Below, piece by piece: positions 1 through 11,698 of a DNA stretch of 37,703 bases (positions are counted from its first letter, which is position 1; every line of letters begins with the position of its first letter). Below the pieces are notes generated by a model. It was not told the DNA's origin, searched no databases, and was given only the letters and a program-made list of their open reading frames with translations. The DNA is from Octopus sinensis (lineage: Eukaryota), in contig NW_021835871.1 in NCBI RefSeq assembly GCF_006345805.1, positions 1-37,703 of the forward strand. The letters run 5' to 3'. Both the position numbers and the translations under genes were made by a program.

Positions 1-221
1 TCCACGGGACTATCACTCAGGCGCAGATGCACACTGCATCGACAACAGATTGCATTCCCAGAATATAGAATGATACCTTTTAGTGAGCACATTGAGAAAT
101 GCGCAAAGCAACTACTGCCACAATTTTTAATCTTCCCATTTTACAATGTGCTTTCGGATCATCAACACAAATGAGACTGAACAAGGACATTCTTCATTGA
201 AAAGTACAACCCAGACTCAAC
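1..221 (+). pseudogene. Penelope-like retroelement GIY-YIG endonuclease, C-terminal remnant (frameshifted, cut by the window edge)
   Basis: Frame 1 reads STGLSLRRRCTLHRQQIAFPEYRMIPFSEHIEKCAKQLLPQFLIFPFY; with frameshifts it continues MRLNK..FFIEKYNP(R)LN. This fits the TG.SLR.R...HR / SEH / E..FI....P.LN pattern of PLE GIY-YIG C-termini. Confidence 0.7.
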
Positions 222-600
222 CATCCGAACACACTGACACAGAGAAATTAACAAGGAAATGGAAAAAAAATTTTTTAAGCGATTATCTCCCCTACCCGGA
301 AAAAATCACTCACTACCTCCCCTTATTTAGAAATCTCCTGGAAATAAAAACAACGATAATTCCATGCAATATAAACATAACGTCACAAGAAATTTGAAAA
401 GCTACACGCGAAACCGGTAATTTCTTTAAAAATTTTAAATTATGTCATTTTAAGGAAAGGAAAAAAATTTTCCAATATTCTCCAGACATTTTGACACAAA
501 TATATATATTTTTAAACATTTAAGCCTTCTGTCGTTTTTCACACTTTACTATTTTCTTATATATTCACCCACGGCTTTACCAAACAAACTTTCTTATCTA

Positions 601-649
601 TATATATATAATATACATTTTCACAGACACACAGACACACAGACACACA

Positions 650-698
<49 letters not shown>

Positions 699-828
699 GC
701 ACATACATACAAGTGTTTATGCAACAAAATCTTTGACTTCAAGTGTGTATAGTACTTCAATTTATATATATACGTATGTAAAATTATAATTCCAATAATA
801 CACGTACATTATCTGAGACACGCGCGTA

Positions 829-878
<50 letters not shown>

Positions 879-1140
879 TACACACACGCCACGCACGCAC
901 GCTTTCTCTCTCTCTCTCTTTCTGTCACACGCACACATTTAAATGCATAGATGCGTATATGAACATGCTTGTTTACATGCATACATACATTCACGCATAC
1001 ACATACACACACACACACGTATGCGTATATCATCCTAAATACAGTGTTTGTCTCCTGCGTGAGTGTGTATGTGTGTGTGTGTGTGTGTGTGCATACATAT
1101 ATGTATACATAAACATAGACGTATACACACATAAATACGA
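601..1140. repeat. Compound (TA)n/(CA)n/(CT)n microsatellite region
   Basis: Direct reading of dinucleotide runs. Confidence 0.9.
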
Positions 1141-1543
1141 ACGCATATGTGCATGTATACGCGTATTCTATTCTCACTCTCTTTTTCTTTGCACACCAAG
1201 TATTTTCCATCTTACTCTCACTTCTACAATTTTTTCTTCCCATCGTACTTGTTCATATCGCCTATGAAAATTAGAGTTTACACTGCTCCCCATTGGATTA
1301 CAAATCCCTCCTTCCCTTTCGTTATACTTCCAGTTCTCCCAATTTCTCCTTCATGTCTTTGTTTTAAGTTAGTTTTACAGTTTGTGTATCATACTCTTTT
1401 TACGCTTTTCTTTCTCTCATTTGCAATTGCGCTATATAACGAGAAGGAAGTCCGGACCGAAAACAAATTATTTAAAAATATTTGTATACAATATTCTATG
1501 GTTGTTTTTAGCTTTTAGGCGTGAGTTAGTTTTCATATTTTAG

Positions 1544-1609
1544 ATATGGTATATGGCATTCTAACGGGGATCATCCTGCCTCTTTGTATATCATTAGCTA
1601 CAATTCACA
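1544..1609 (+). CDS. Candidate isolated internal exon (66 nt, phase 1-1) encoding a transmembrane-like segment
   Basis: Acceptor ttttcatattttag|, donor CA|gtgagt; open frame xMVYGILTGIILPLCISLATIH is hydrophobic. No homology recognised. Confidence 0.35.
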
Positions 1610-1789
1610 GTGAGTTTTTATTTTAAAACTGTTGGTCTGTGATTTGAGAAAATAACAGCAGTTTAAGAGATAGCTTAGAAACTTGCAACTGCCTTTGTCA
1701 GTATGTGTTCGTGAAAATTGCTGTGCGTGCGCGTGTGAATGAATATATTGGTGTTATGAAACGTCTGTATATTGAGACATAATGTATGT

Positions 1790-1831
1790 ACACACAACAA
1801 CAACAACAACACACACACAAATATATATATA

Positions 1832-1885
<54 letters not shown>

Positions 1886-1913
1886 ATATATATATAATAT
1901 ATATATATATATA

Positions 1914-1966
<53 letters not shown>

Positions 1967-2145
1967 TTATATTCACCATGTTGGATCGTTGAAATCTACA
2001 AGTCTTTTTCATTCTCGCTCTGTTTATTTTCTGCTATTCCTATCTGCTGAAGAGCGTAGGTGCGAAACATAAAAGACTCTTTCATTTTCTCCGAGCGTGA
2101 AACTAACGCACTTGCTTGTTGTTTATACACCTGTTTTCGTCTTTT

Positions 2146-2179
<34 letters not shown>

Positions 2180-2206
2180 GTGTGTGTGTGTGTGTGTGTG
2201 TATATG

Positions 2207-2271
<65 letters not shown>

Positions 2272-2272
2272 G

Positions 2273-2305
<33 letters not shown>

Positions 2306-2310
2306 GTATA

Positions 2311-2358
<48 letters not shown>

Positions 2359-2400
2359 ATATATATAGATATATATATATATATAATATGTATTGCATGT
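1790..2400. repeat. Long (TA)n/(TATG)n microsatellites
   Basis: Direct reading; interrupted by the element at 2015-2149. Confidence 0.95.
2015..2149 (+). mobile_element. Short interspersed element with a hammerhead-like motif (probably Penelope pLTR-derived), decayed copy
   Basis: ctgctgaagagcgtaggtgcgaaacataaaagac followed by ccgagcgtgaaact...cgtcttttg; reverse-complement homolog at 2423-2570. Confidence 0.6.
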
Positions 2401-2422
2401 ATGTATACATATATAGTGAGAA

Positions 2423-2570
2423 TTTACAAAAAAAGACGAAGACGGGTGTGTAAACAACAAACAGATGTATAAGTTTAACGCTCGGGAAGTGAGAAAGTCT
2501 TTTACGTTTCGAGCCTATGCTCTTCGACAGAAAGGAACACAGAAATAAACAGAGAGAGAAAATATAAAAA
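2423..2570 (-). mobile_element. Second, inverted copy of the same hammerhead-like short element
   Basis: Minus strand reads cctttctgtcgaagagcataggctcgaaacgtaaaagactttctcacttcccgagcgttaaac...cgtcttcgtctttt. Confidence 0.65.
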
Positions 2571-3760
2571 AAAAGAAAAATATGTATACATATATACGTA
2601 TGTGTGTATATATGTGTGTATGAATGCATCTATCTTTCTATCTATCTCTCTATCAATCTCTCTATATTGCTTATTGGTTTATACACGTGTTACTCTGAAA
2701 ACTGTGATTCATGCAAGTATGGAAGAGTGCACTTTAAAACGACAATGACGACGACGATGATGATGAAATGAGAATGTTTAAGAACAACCCTTAGAAGATC
2801 ATGGTCCACTTAATAACGCATTCATCTATTAGTAATCAACGAAGAAGCTTCTGTGATTGTTTTATCTTTTAGAAAATAGAAACAAAAACGTGAACAAAAT
2901 AAGATACAACAATCGAAGGACACATTAGATCAGAAGTGAGGAGCATTCGACCTTTTCTGAAAGACTAAGTAGGACCTTCTGAAGGAAGTTTACGTTTGAA
3001 GGAAATACACTATATATTTTTGTTGATCTACTTTTGTTCAAAGCCTATCTTGTCAATTAGCTGTAAATTTTAGAAATCCCTAATTATATTTTTTTGTTTA
3101 CATTTATTATTACTTGTTTAAATAATAAGTATTAATTATAATTGCGTTTGAAACAAAGAGCTAAAACAAATTCGGAAATTTACGGAAAATTACGCTTATT
3201 TTAAAAGTCCGCATTTCTTTAATTAAGGATTTGATGAGTAATTATATTTTATAAAATTATAGGATTTAACAACGTAAAATTTATTATTTTTTGAAGTGCT
3301 GTCCTGTTAAAAATCAGTTAACAATAAGCGGCTTTCCATCATGACCTCCCCGCACACACACATAAAAAAAAAGAAGTTATCCATACCTCTTCATTAAATA
3401 ATATAAATCCATATATAACCCAGAAATCGCAATACACAGATATTGTTTTGAGCTGAGTGGGGGTGCTAGATTCCCTTGTTCGAAAATATAAGGACACAGA
3501 TCGTGTCGTATAGCCAGCTGGAGGCGATGTCTCCTGGGGCTAAATTACAGCAACATTCGTCCTAAACCAGGACTACCATGTTATGTTGGCAAACAATCTT
3601 TACTACAAAGTAGTGTTGCTGAATATCTCACGTTGTGAGATTTAAAAATAGTAATTTCCCATATATACTGTCGGAAAAATTAAGACAAGAAGGTCATGGG
3701 TGGATGACCGTGACTCGAGAGGGTTTCACTGTTTGAACAGTATTCCGTTGTTGTGACGTA

Positions 3761-3880
3761 CGTAGGTTAGTGGTTTGAGTGCTCGACTTACAAATGTAAT
3801 TTCGTGGGTTCAATTCTTAGACCGATGGGTGCATCGTGTTCTTGAGCAAGGCACTTCCTTTGCGGTCTATTCAGCTAAAA
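3761..3880 (+). mobile_element. Decayed tRNA-headed SINE (family B) 5' part, interrupted by a MITE
   Basis: ttagtggttt...gggttcaattc (A/B-box-like) followed by gtgttcttgagcaaggcactt, as in the other family B copies. Confidence 0.55.
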
Positions 3881-4134
3881 CAATGATTCTCAGTTAGCGT
3901 CTATATGACCACCCGGGGTCTACGTAAGATTTTGCTGATAAAATTTATGTACAGTAAACTAGTTACAATTCAACAATACAGAAAATATTTTAACAGTTTT
4001 TCCATCATTTCCTAAGAATATTTAATTACAAAAGTACAATGATACTTTTTTAAACGTCAAATAGCTATGAGGGTCCACCGGAGTAAAACAGGAATCAAAG
4101 AGGTCCATTGGTGAAGAATGGTTGCGAACCACTG
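3881..4134. mobile_element. hAT (Charlie-like) MITE
   Basis: Right end ggttgcgaaccactg (CAGTGGTTCGCAACC reversed); degenerate left end caatgattctcag; 8-bp flanks agctaaaa (3873-3880) and ggctaaga (4135-4142), a 6/8 TSD match. Related 5' end at 19989. Confidence 0.55.
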
Positions 4135-4254
4135 GGCTAAGAGATGTTCCAATAGAGTGTTGGTGCAGCCCTCTGTCCCCCTCCGGCTTCCACACCCTAG
4201 ATGGGATGTGTCACTGGATCAAAGGATGAGAGAGAGAGATAGATTGATAGATAG

Positions 4255-4327
<73 letters not shown>

Positions 4328-4433
4328 GAGAGGTTGTTTATGTCTGCATGCGAATTTACAGGCACATGAGACAATTAGCGAAAGCGTGGTACATGTTATC
4401 TAGCCATAGTCGCTCGAGGATGACGACTGACTA

Positions 4434-4515
4434 CCACCACCACCACCACCACCACCACCACCACCACACCACCACCACCTCCACCACCACCACCACCACC
4501 ACCATCACCATCACC
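4434..4515. repeat. (CAC)n trinucleotide microsatellite
   Basis: Direct reading. Confidence 0.9.
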
Positions 4516-4784
4516 AGACCTCTACCAACATCATCACCATTGATGCTCGCTCCTACCACAACACTATCTACAACTGCAACTGTTCGCAAACGAAACCAAA
4601 CATTCGGAACCACACTTTGCTCCTCAACAATGTATGTCAGGTTCTCAGCAAAACGCACACGAAAAAAAAACTTCTTTTTGGGGGCAAAAACAATAATAAA
4701 AAAACAGTTTTGAAATTTACGGAGATACAAAACTCCATATTGATCAGGATAAAGTCAAAAACAATAAGAATGATTTCAAATTTT

Positions 4785-5326
4785 GGACAATGCCAGCAAT
4801 TTTGAGGGAGGGGGATAAGTCGATTAGACTGACCCCAGTACGCACCTGGTACTTAGTTTATCGACCCCGAAAGGACAAAAGGTAAAGTCGACGTCGGCGG
4901 AATTTGAACTTAGAACGTAAAGGCTGACCAAATATTTATCTCTTTTTTACCGATAAGGGGCTAAACATAGAGGGGACAAACAAGGACAGACAGATGGATT
5001 AAGTCGATTACATCGACCCCAGTACACAACTGGTACTTAATTTATCGATCCCGAAAGATGAAAGGAAAATTCAACCTCGGCGGAATTTGAACAATAATAA
5101 TATAATGTTTTCTACTATAGACACAAGGCTTGAAATTCGGAGGGAGGGGGCTAGTCGGTGTAATCTTCCCCAGTACTTGAGTGGTACTTAATTTATTAAT
5201 CCCGAAAGGATGAAAAGCAAAGTCGACTTCGCCGGAGTTCGAACTCAGAACGCAGCAGCAGACGAAGTACTGCTAAGCATTTCGCCCATCGGGCTAACGA
5301 TTCTGCCAGCTCGCCGCTCTGACTAC

Positions 5327-5377
<51 letters not shown>

Positions 5378-5548
5378 AATAATAAAATTAATAATAATAA
5401 TCCTTTCTACTAAAAGCACAAGGACTTAATTTTTTTTGTTGGATGGGGACTAGTCGATTGCATCGCCCCCCCCCCCAGTGCACAACTGGTACTTAATTTA
5501 TCGACCCCGAAAGGATGAAAAGCGAAGTCGACCACGGCGGAATTTGAA
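4785..5548 (-). mobile_element. Four tandem, co-oriented SINE family A copies or fragments (~4785-4930, 4931-5090, 5105-5310, 5400-5548)
   Basis: Each carries the reverse complement of the core aaattccgccgaggtcgactttgcctttcatcctttcggggtcgataaattaagtaccag; two of the junctions and the right flank are (TAA)n tracts. Confidence 0.85.
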
Positions 5549-5566
5549 TAATAATAATAATAATAA

Positions 5567-5636
<70 letters not shown>

Positions 5637-5803
5637 TAATAATAATTGAATAATTCTAACAGAACTGTTAATGAAAAATATTTTGTATAAAACTGATGGA
5701 GATCGTTATATTGTTCATGACTAAATGCAAATAAATTACATGTATATTTGTCTCCTGAGATTTTGGACGAAATGAATTTAGAGATATAGAATATTTAACT
5801 TAC

Positions 5804-5861
5804 CAAGTGTTCCCACGTAAATCATATCTTTATCTGATGTTTGACAGGAGACATCGGTCGT
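5804..5861 (-). CDS. Candidate isolated internal exon (58 nt)
   Basis: Minus-strand acceptor ttttctttgtttatttttgtttgcag| and donor TTG|gtaagt; one open frame TTDVSCQTSDKDMIYVGTL. No homology recognised; may be non-coding. Confidence 0.35.
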
Positions 5862-6828
5862 CTGCAAACAAAAATAAACAAAGAAAATCATAAGTTTTGA
5901 TGAAGAAAGCAGAAAATTGGAAACGTCAAATGATAAATACATATTTTGATAAATGCTAAGTAGCATATGGTGAGTGAGTGAATGGTAGAGTCTGTCGATT
6001 GTCGGACAAATTTTTGTCTTTCTTAGAATTTGTCTCACTTTTTGGTAGAACTCGTCCGTTGCTTTTACTGATGCGATTCTGTAAAGTATTCCAGGTGATA
6101 TGTCACCTGGCCTGTCGTTGGAGTATCCATCCTCTCTCTCTGATGGGTGAAAAATATGAGCAGAGTGGCTGATTCTGAGATAATGAGATAGTGAGAGATA
6201 AAGAGATAGAGAAAGAAGGTGAGAAGAAGAAAAAGAATGAGGAAGAGGGGAGGGGAAGAGGAATAAGAAGAAGGATAGGGAGAAGGAAGAGGATTAGAAA
6301 AAGAAGAATGAGAAGGAAGAGGAGAAGAAAACGATGAAGTAGTAGTAGTAGGAGAGGAGGAGAAGTAGTAGTTGATGCAGAATTAGAAGAAGGAGGAGGA
6401 GGAGGAGAGGAGGAGGTGGAGAAGAATCGATCCCAAGATTACTTTTTCGTACTGGTTACTTTATTTATCAACCGCGAAGGATGAAAGACTAAATGACCTC
6501 GTCAGGATTTGAAATCAGATCGCAGAGGTCTAGAACGAACATCATAAGGGCGTATCCTGTCCAATAACGCTAAACGTAGAAACAAAGGTCTTTCACCATG
6601 GCCTCAAGTTGACTCCAGCTTTATGAGCAAATCTGGGCGAGATTAGTCATTATTGGGGCTCGGATCAGTATACACCGTGCATTTGCTATTGGAATTTTTG
6701 TCAATTTGCTAAATGTGAGGGTTTTTTTTTGTTGCGACCTGTTCTAGTTCAAAGGGATACTTATGCCATCCACTGTGTCACGCCGATTCTACCTCAGAGT
6801 TGCTTTAAGGGTACATATATCAGAGGAA

Positions 6829-7062
6829 AGCGGCGAGCTGGCAGAAACGTTAGCACGCCGGGCGAAACGCTTTGCGGTATTTCGTCTGCCGCTACGTTCT
6901 GAGTTCAAATTCCGCCGAGGTCGACTTTGCCTTTCATCCTTTCCGAGTCGATTAAATAAGTACCAGTTACGCACTGGGGTCGATATGATCGACTTAATCC
7001 GTTTGTCTGTCCTTGTTTGTCCTCTCTGTGTTTAGCCCTCTGTGGGTAGTAAAGAAATAGGG
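6829..7062 (+). mobile_element. Full-length SINE family A with a 16-bp target-site duplication
   Basis: tRNA-like head (ggcagaaacgttagc...gagttcaaattcc), central core and tail gtagtaaagaaatagg; TSD acatatatcagaggaa at 6813-6828 and 7063-7078. Confidence 0.9.
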
Positions 7063-8010
7063 ACATATATCAGAGGAATACTCAGCCACTGACTGAGTAT
7101 TCTGTGAATAGTCAATTCAGTTGATTAAACAACTGCAATAAAAATCGTCGAAACCGACGGATATCCACAGGGTTCTGCGTGAATTGCGTCTGTTTAAACA
7201 GACCAGATTTCTCGTCCGGCATCGAATGTTATGTTTGTTGGTGAACTGTGTCTCTGAAAAAGACCGGATCTCTGTTGTTGGAATACTTCTGATTACTGAT
7301 TTGCCAGACCAAAACAAGGATTGGGGGGATAAAATCGTTTTTACTCCCTAGGCACTGCTCTGGTCTGGAATTGAACGACGTGGTTATTGGCCAACTGTGT
7401 ATGTGAAAAAGACCGGATATCTATTGCTGAAATGCTTTTAATCATAGACGTATTCGAAAAGTGGAAAGCCTGGGGCTAAGCACATCAAAAGCAAGAACAT
7501 GATGCTGTCGTTGTTGTATAATGGTAATTTCGATTCTTGTATCTCAAACTGAAAGAAGATAACGTGGAACGCTGTTAAGCACTTAAGTATTAAAAAAAAA
7601 ACCCCCTCTCATTTCAATAAACATCCACACATACATTGGAGATACTCGCAAAGGCCAAAAACATTTCACTAACATAATTAAGGGGAAATTAAATTTAGTA
7701 AAAAGCTAAAAAGTAAACAGACCAAAAATGTTATCAAAACGTCTGTATGTGGAAATGCCGAAAGTTCTTCCCGCAAAATAAAATAATGTAATTTCTTTAT
7801 TTGACATTAATCTAAGTTTAATTTGACGATAATTTTTCAAGTAAATTTAATTTTTATTTGAATTGTATTTGACAGCATTTTCTGTCAATTTGTTTTTCCG
7901 TTTCTAATCGAATTCTTTGTGAATTAATTTTCAAGTCGCCATTAATTAATTTACGTCAAAATTCGAAACGAGTGGCGTTGACTAACGAACGTTTTAACTT
8001 TAGTTTAACT

Positions 8011-8315
8011 GACATTCCGTCGGTTGCGACGATCAGTGTTTCAGTAATTTCGATCAACGGAACAACCCGCTCGTGAAATTAACGTGCAAGTGGCTGAGTA
8101 CACCTTGTATGAAGCTCTCAGGAAGATTCAGCATGATACAGAACGTGAGTAGGTTGGTCCTTTGAATTACAGGTACAACTCATTTTTGCTAACTGAGTGG
8201 ACTGGAACAAGGGAAAATAAAGTGTCTTGCTCAAGGACACAAAGCGCCGCCGGGAATCGAACTCACGACCAAGAGATCGTGAGTCAGATAACCAAACCAC
8301 TAAACCAGGCGCCTT
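8011..8315 (-). mobile_element. SINE family B
   Basis: Reverse complement of the head (gtttagtggttt...gagttcgattccc), gtgtccttgagcaagacact, ccagtccactcag and the tail cacgttaatttcacgagc...cgacggaatgtc. Confidence 0.85.
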
Positions 8316-8334
8316 CACTTTGTTTAATTTAATA

Positions 8335-8545
8335 GGCGGCGAGCAGGCAGAATTGTTAGCGCGCCGGACAAAATGCCAAACAGCGTTTATTCCGGCTTTT
8401 TACATTCTGAGCTGAAGCTCAAATCTCGCCGAGGCCAACTTTGTCCTTTACCCGTTTTGGGAAAAGTACCAGTAAAGTATTGGGGTCAACGTAATCCGTT
8501 TGCCCCCTTCCCTCACTATTGCTGGCCTTGTACCAAAATCAGAAT
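8335..8545 (+). mobile_element. SINE family A (diverged)
   Basis: ggcgagcaggcagaattgttagc head and the family A core. Confidence 0.8.
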
Positions 8546-8694
8546 GTATTTTCGTTTAGTTTTATCCTCGGGTCAACTCTTATCAAGCTGATCTAAATCA
8601 AAAGACACTCTAACCAAGGCCATCCCATTTGCTTTCGATGCCACGTACTGATGTGCCTGGGATCTCATCATTTTATATTTTTCTTTTCTTTTCT

Positions 8695-8897
8695 TTTATT
8701 TGCTTCAGTCATTTGACTGCGACCATGCTGGAGCAAGTTGAAACCAAGGCTTATTTTTTGTAAGCCTAGTATTTATTCTATCGTTCTCTTTTGCCGAACC
8801 ACTAAGTTATGGGGACGAAAACACACCAGCATTGGTTGTCAAGCGACAGTGGGGGACAAACACAGACACACAAACATATACACACACATGCATACAC

Positions 8898-8934
<37 letters not shown>

Positions 8935-9101
8935 ACACACACATACATATACGACGGGCTTCTTCCTCTTTCCGTCTACCAAATCCACTCACAAGGCTTT
9001 GGTCGGCCCGAGGCTATAGAAGACGCTTGCCCAAGATGCCACGCAGTGGGACTGAACCCGGAACCATGTGGTTGGTAAGCAAGCTACTTACCACACAGCC
9101 A
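8695..9101 (-). mobile_element. SINE family C with internal (CA)n
   Basis: Reverse complement of accaaccacatggttccgggttcagtccc...gaagcccgtcgtatat...cagtcaaatgactgaagcaaataaaa. Confidence 0.85.
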
Positions 9102-9338
9102 CTCATTTTTTTTAAACGTTGTAATATGTGATTGGAAGGAAATTTAATTGTTATTTCTAGCATCTCGACTGACCAGCCAGTCGATGCGGACGAAGTGAAT
9201 GCAAGTCTAAAATGATTTGGTTTCAGCATTCAACGTTTTGAGTTTAATTCCGACCGGAGTGAGAAACTGCTGGAATTGGGGCGGCTTAGAGTGGGGTGAG
9301 GTGGAGTCTTGATCGATAATATGATTATCATTGACACT

Positions 9339-9712
9339 TGGCACTCCGTCGGTTACGACGACGAGGGTTCCAGTTGATCCGATCAACGGAACGGCCCGCT
9401 CCTGAAATTAACGTACAAGTGGCCGAGTACTCCACAGGCACGTGTACCCTTAATGTAGTCCTCAGGGAGATTTAGCGTGACACAGAGTGTAACAAGGCTG
9501 ACCCTTTGAAAATACAGGTACAACAGAAACAGGAAGAAAGAGTGAGAGAAAGTGGTGGTGAAAATGTACGGCAGGGTTCACCACACCGGATCCTCGTGGA
9601 ACTTTAGGTGTTTTCGCTCAATAAATACTCACAACGCCCGGTCTGGGGATCGAAACCGCGATCCTAAGACCACGAGTCCGCTGCCCTAACCACTGGGCCA
9701 TTGCATGTCCAC
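9339..9712 (-). mobile_element. Chimeric SINE: family D head plus family B tail, with TSD
   Basis: Head caatggcccagtggttagggcagcggactc...gtttcgatcccc; tail identical in type to family B; TSD attgacact at 9330-9338 and 9713-9721. Confidence 0.85.
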
Positions 9713-9758
9713 ATTGACACTAACGATGTCTAAAGTAATCGATGATATCTCTTCTGTT

Positions 9759-10085
9759 GTGAAGGCACGTGGTTTAATGGTTAGCATATTCGGCACGCGA
9801 TCGTAAGGCCGTGAGATCGATTTCCAGCGGTGCGGTGTGTCTTTAAGCAAGATATTTTGTTTCCCCTTGCTCCAGTTCACTCAGCTGGCAAAAATGAGTT
9901 GTAGCTGTAATTTAAAGGGTCAGCCTTATTACACTCTGTGTGAAGCTGAACCTCCATGGGAACTATGTTTAGGGTATGCATGTCTGTGGAGTGCCCAGCC
10001 ATTTGCACGTTAATTTCACGAGCAGGCTGTTCCGTCGATCGGACCAACTGGAACCCTCGACGTCGTCGTAAGCGACGGAGTACCA
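9759..10085 (+). mobile_element. SINE family B
   Basis: tRNA-like head, cagttcactcagctggcaaaaatgagt centre and B tail. Confidence 0.85.
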
Positions 10086-10866
10086 GTAATATCGATTTCA
10101 TTATATTTTCTAAAATTTATCTTTCTCTTTGAAATTAATCGTCGGGAAGAGAGTCGTATCAAATGTGGGCACGGATTTTTTTTACTCTGGAAACAAAGCA
10201 TTTATTTGTGCTTAGTGTCACCCGTTTACCTTTCAATTTTTTCAGGGGGCCAATAAAATAAAATACGTGTCGAGTACCGAGATCTATGGCATCGTCTGCC
10301 TTTCCGCCCCCACATCTGTAGCTACGCTACTATTATTAACCCTGGTTGAAGGAACCCACGAAACAAAACATAAGTGCCAAGGACGATCTATTTCACTAAA
10401 ACTCTTCAAGTCGGTGCTCTAACATGGCCGTAGTCTAATGACTGAAACAAGTAAAAGTTAAAAAATAACAGATAAAACCCTTAACTTAACTGGTCATTAA
10501 TATAATTGCTATTATCATGCTTTAAAAATTCTCCTCACTCCCTAAGATCTAATATTCAAATTGAACACACTCAATTATACGTTCAAGATAAAGACCCTTT
10601 TTTCAATCACTGAATGACGTCATCTGAAGCGCAATTTTGAAATTATATGGCCTAAAGTGAGCATTTCCTTATTAGTGTTTGCTTAATTAGGCATCGTTAA
10701 CTGCCAACACGCTTAATTATTCTTAATTTACAATACTGATCTCCCGGGATGACATCGTTATGAAGTGACCTGAAAGATCGCTGAACAACTTTACGTCTTT
10801 TATAACACGCAAATAACTAGAACGAAGAGCAAGAACATCATCATCATCAACAACAACAGCATCAAG

Positions 10867-10914
<48 letters not shown>

Positions 10915-10917
<3 letters not shown>

Positions 10918-11103
10918 TTCTACTGGAGGCACAAGGACCGAAATTTTGTGGGGGATTGGGTAAGCTGATGTCATCAACCCCAGTGCTCAGCTGGTACTTA
11001 ATTTATCGACCCCGAAAGGAATTTGAGCTCAGAACATGAAGACGGACGAAATACCACTAAGAATTTTGACCGGCGTGCTAGCGATTTTGCCAGCTCACCG
11101 CCC

Positions 11104-11104
<1 letters not shown>
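10915..11104 (-). mobile_element. SINE family A
   Basis: Reverse-complement family A head, partly deleted core and tail. Confidence 0.8.
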
Positions 11105-11143
<39 letters not shown>

Positions 11144-11144
<1 letters not shown>

Positions 11145-11698
11145 GCTCTGATGCAGTACCAGGCAGTGGCTCTCATGGCTTCTGATCTTAACTGATTGGA
11201 AGTGTTATCATGTACATTGTTTTGTCTTGGTATAAAAGATGGGCTACAGCAAATATTCTGCTCAATACCACAGATTTGCTTGTCAGTTGTTTGACCTTAA
11301 CCAGTTGAGCATGTCCCTTAGTGGCTGACGATATGTGCATCTCTGATCACGAGCAGAAGTAGTGGGGGAGCATCATAGCCATGTGTTGAGAGGGATTCTT
11401 TGGGGTTTGAATAATTCACCTCTGGAAACATGGGTGGTTCTTTCAACATCCTTAAACAACCCTTATTCAGGGACCTTTTGAGCGGGATGGGCTACTCAAC
11501 CTGAAGAAAATTCTAACTGGGCCCCACCTGCAAGGTCATGTGCTGTTTATCTTGATATGAGATCACCATGTCGCGCACATATGGTTGTGATGCATGTGCC
11601 TGGTGTACCCTTATCAGACGGGTAGTCATGATGGGTATATTGGGCTTCGTATATTTTACCCCAGTGTCACTTTGATGGCATGCACTGCTCTCTCACTC

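Noticed and set aside
5848-5969. Plus-strand exon (gacag|...ATG|gtgagt) overlapping the minus-strand candidate
   Set aside because: Stops in all three frames and a weaker acceptor than the minus-strand candidate.
6092-6111. ccaggtga-tatg-tcacctgg hairpin
   Set aside because: An 8-bp stem is within chance expectation for a window this size; no supporting context.
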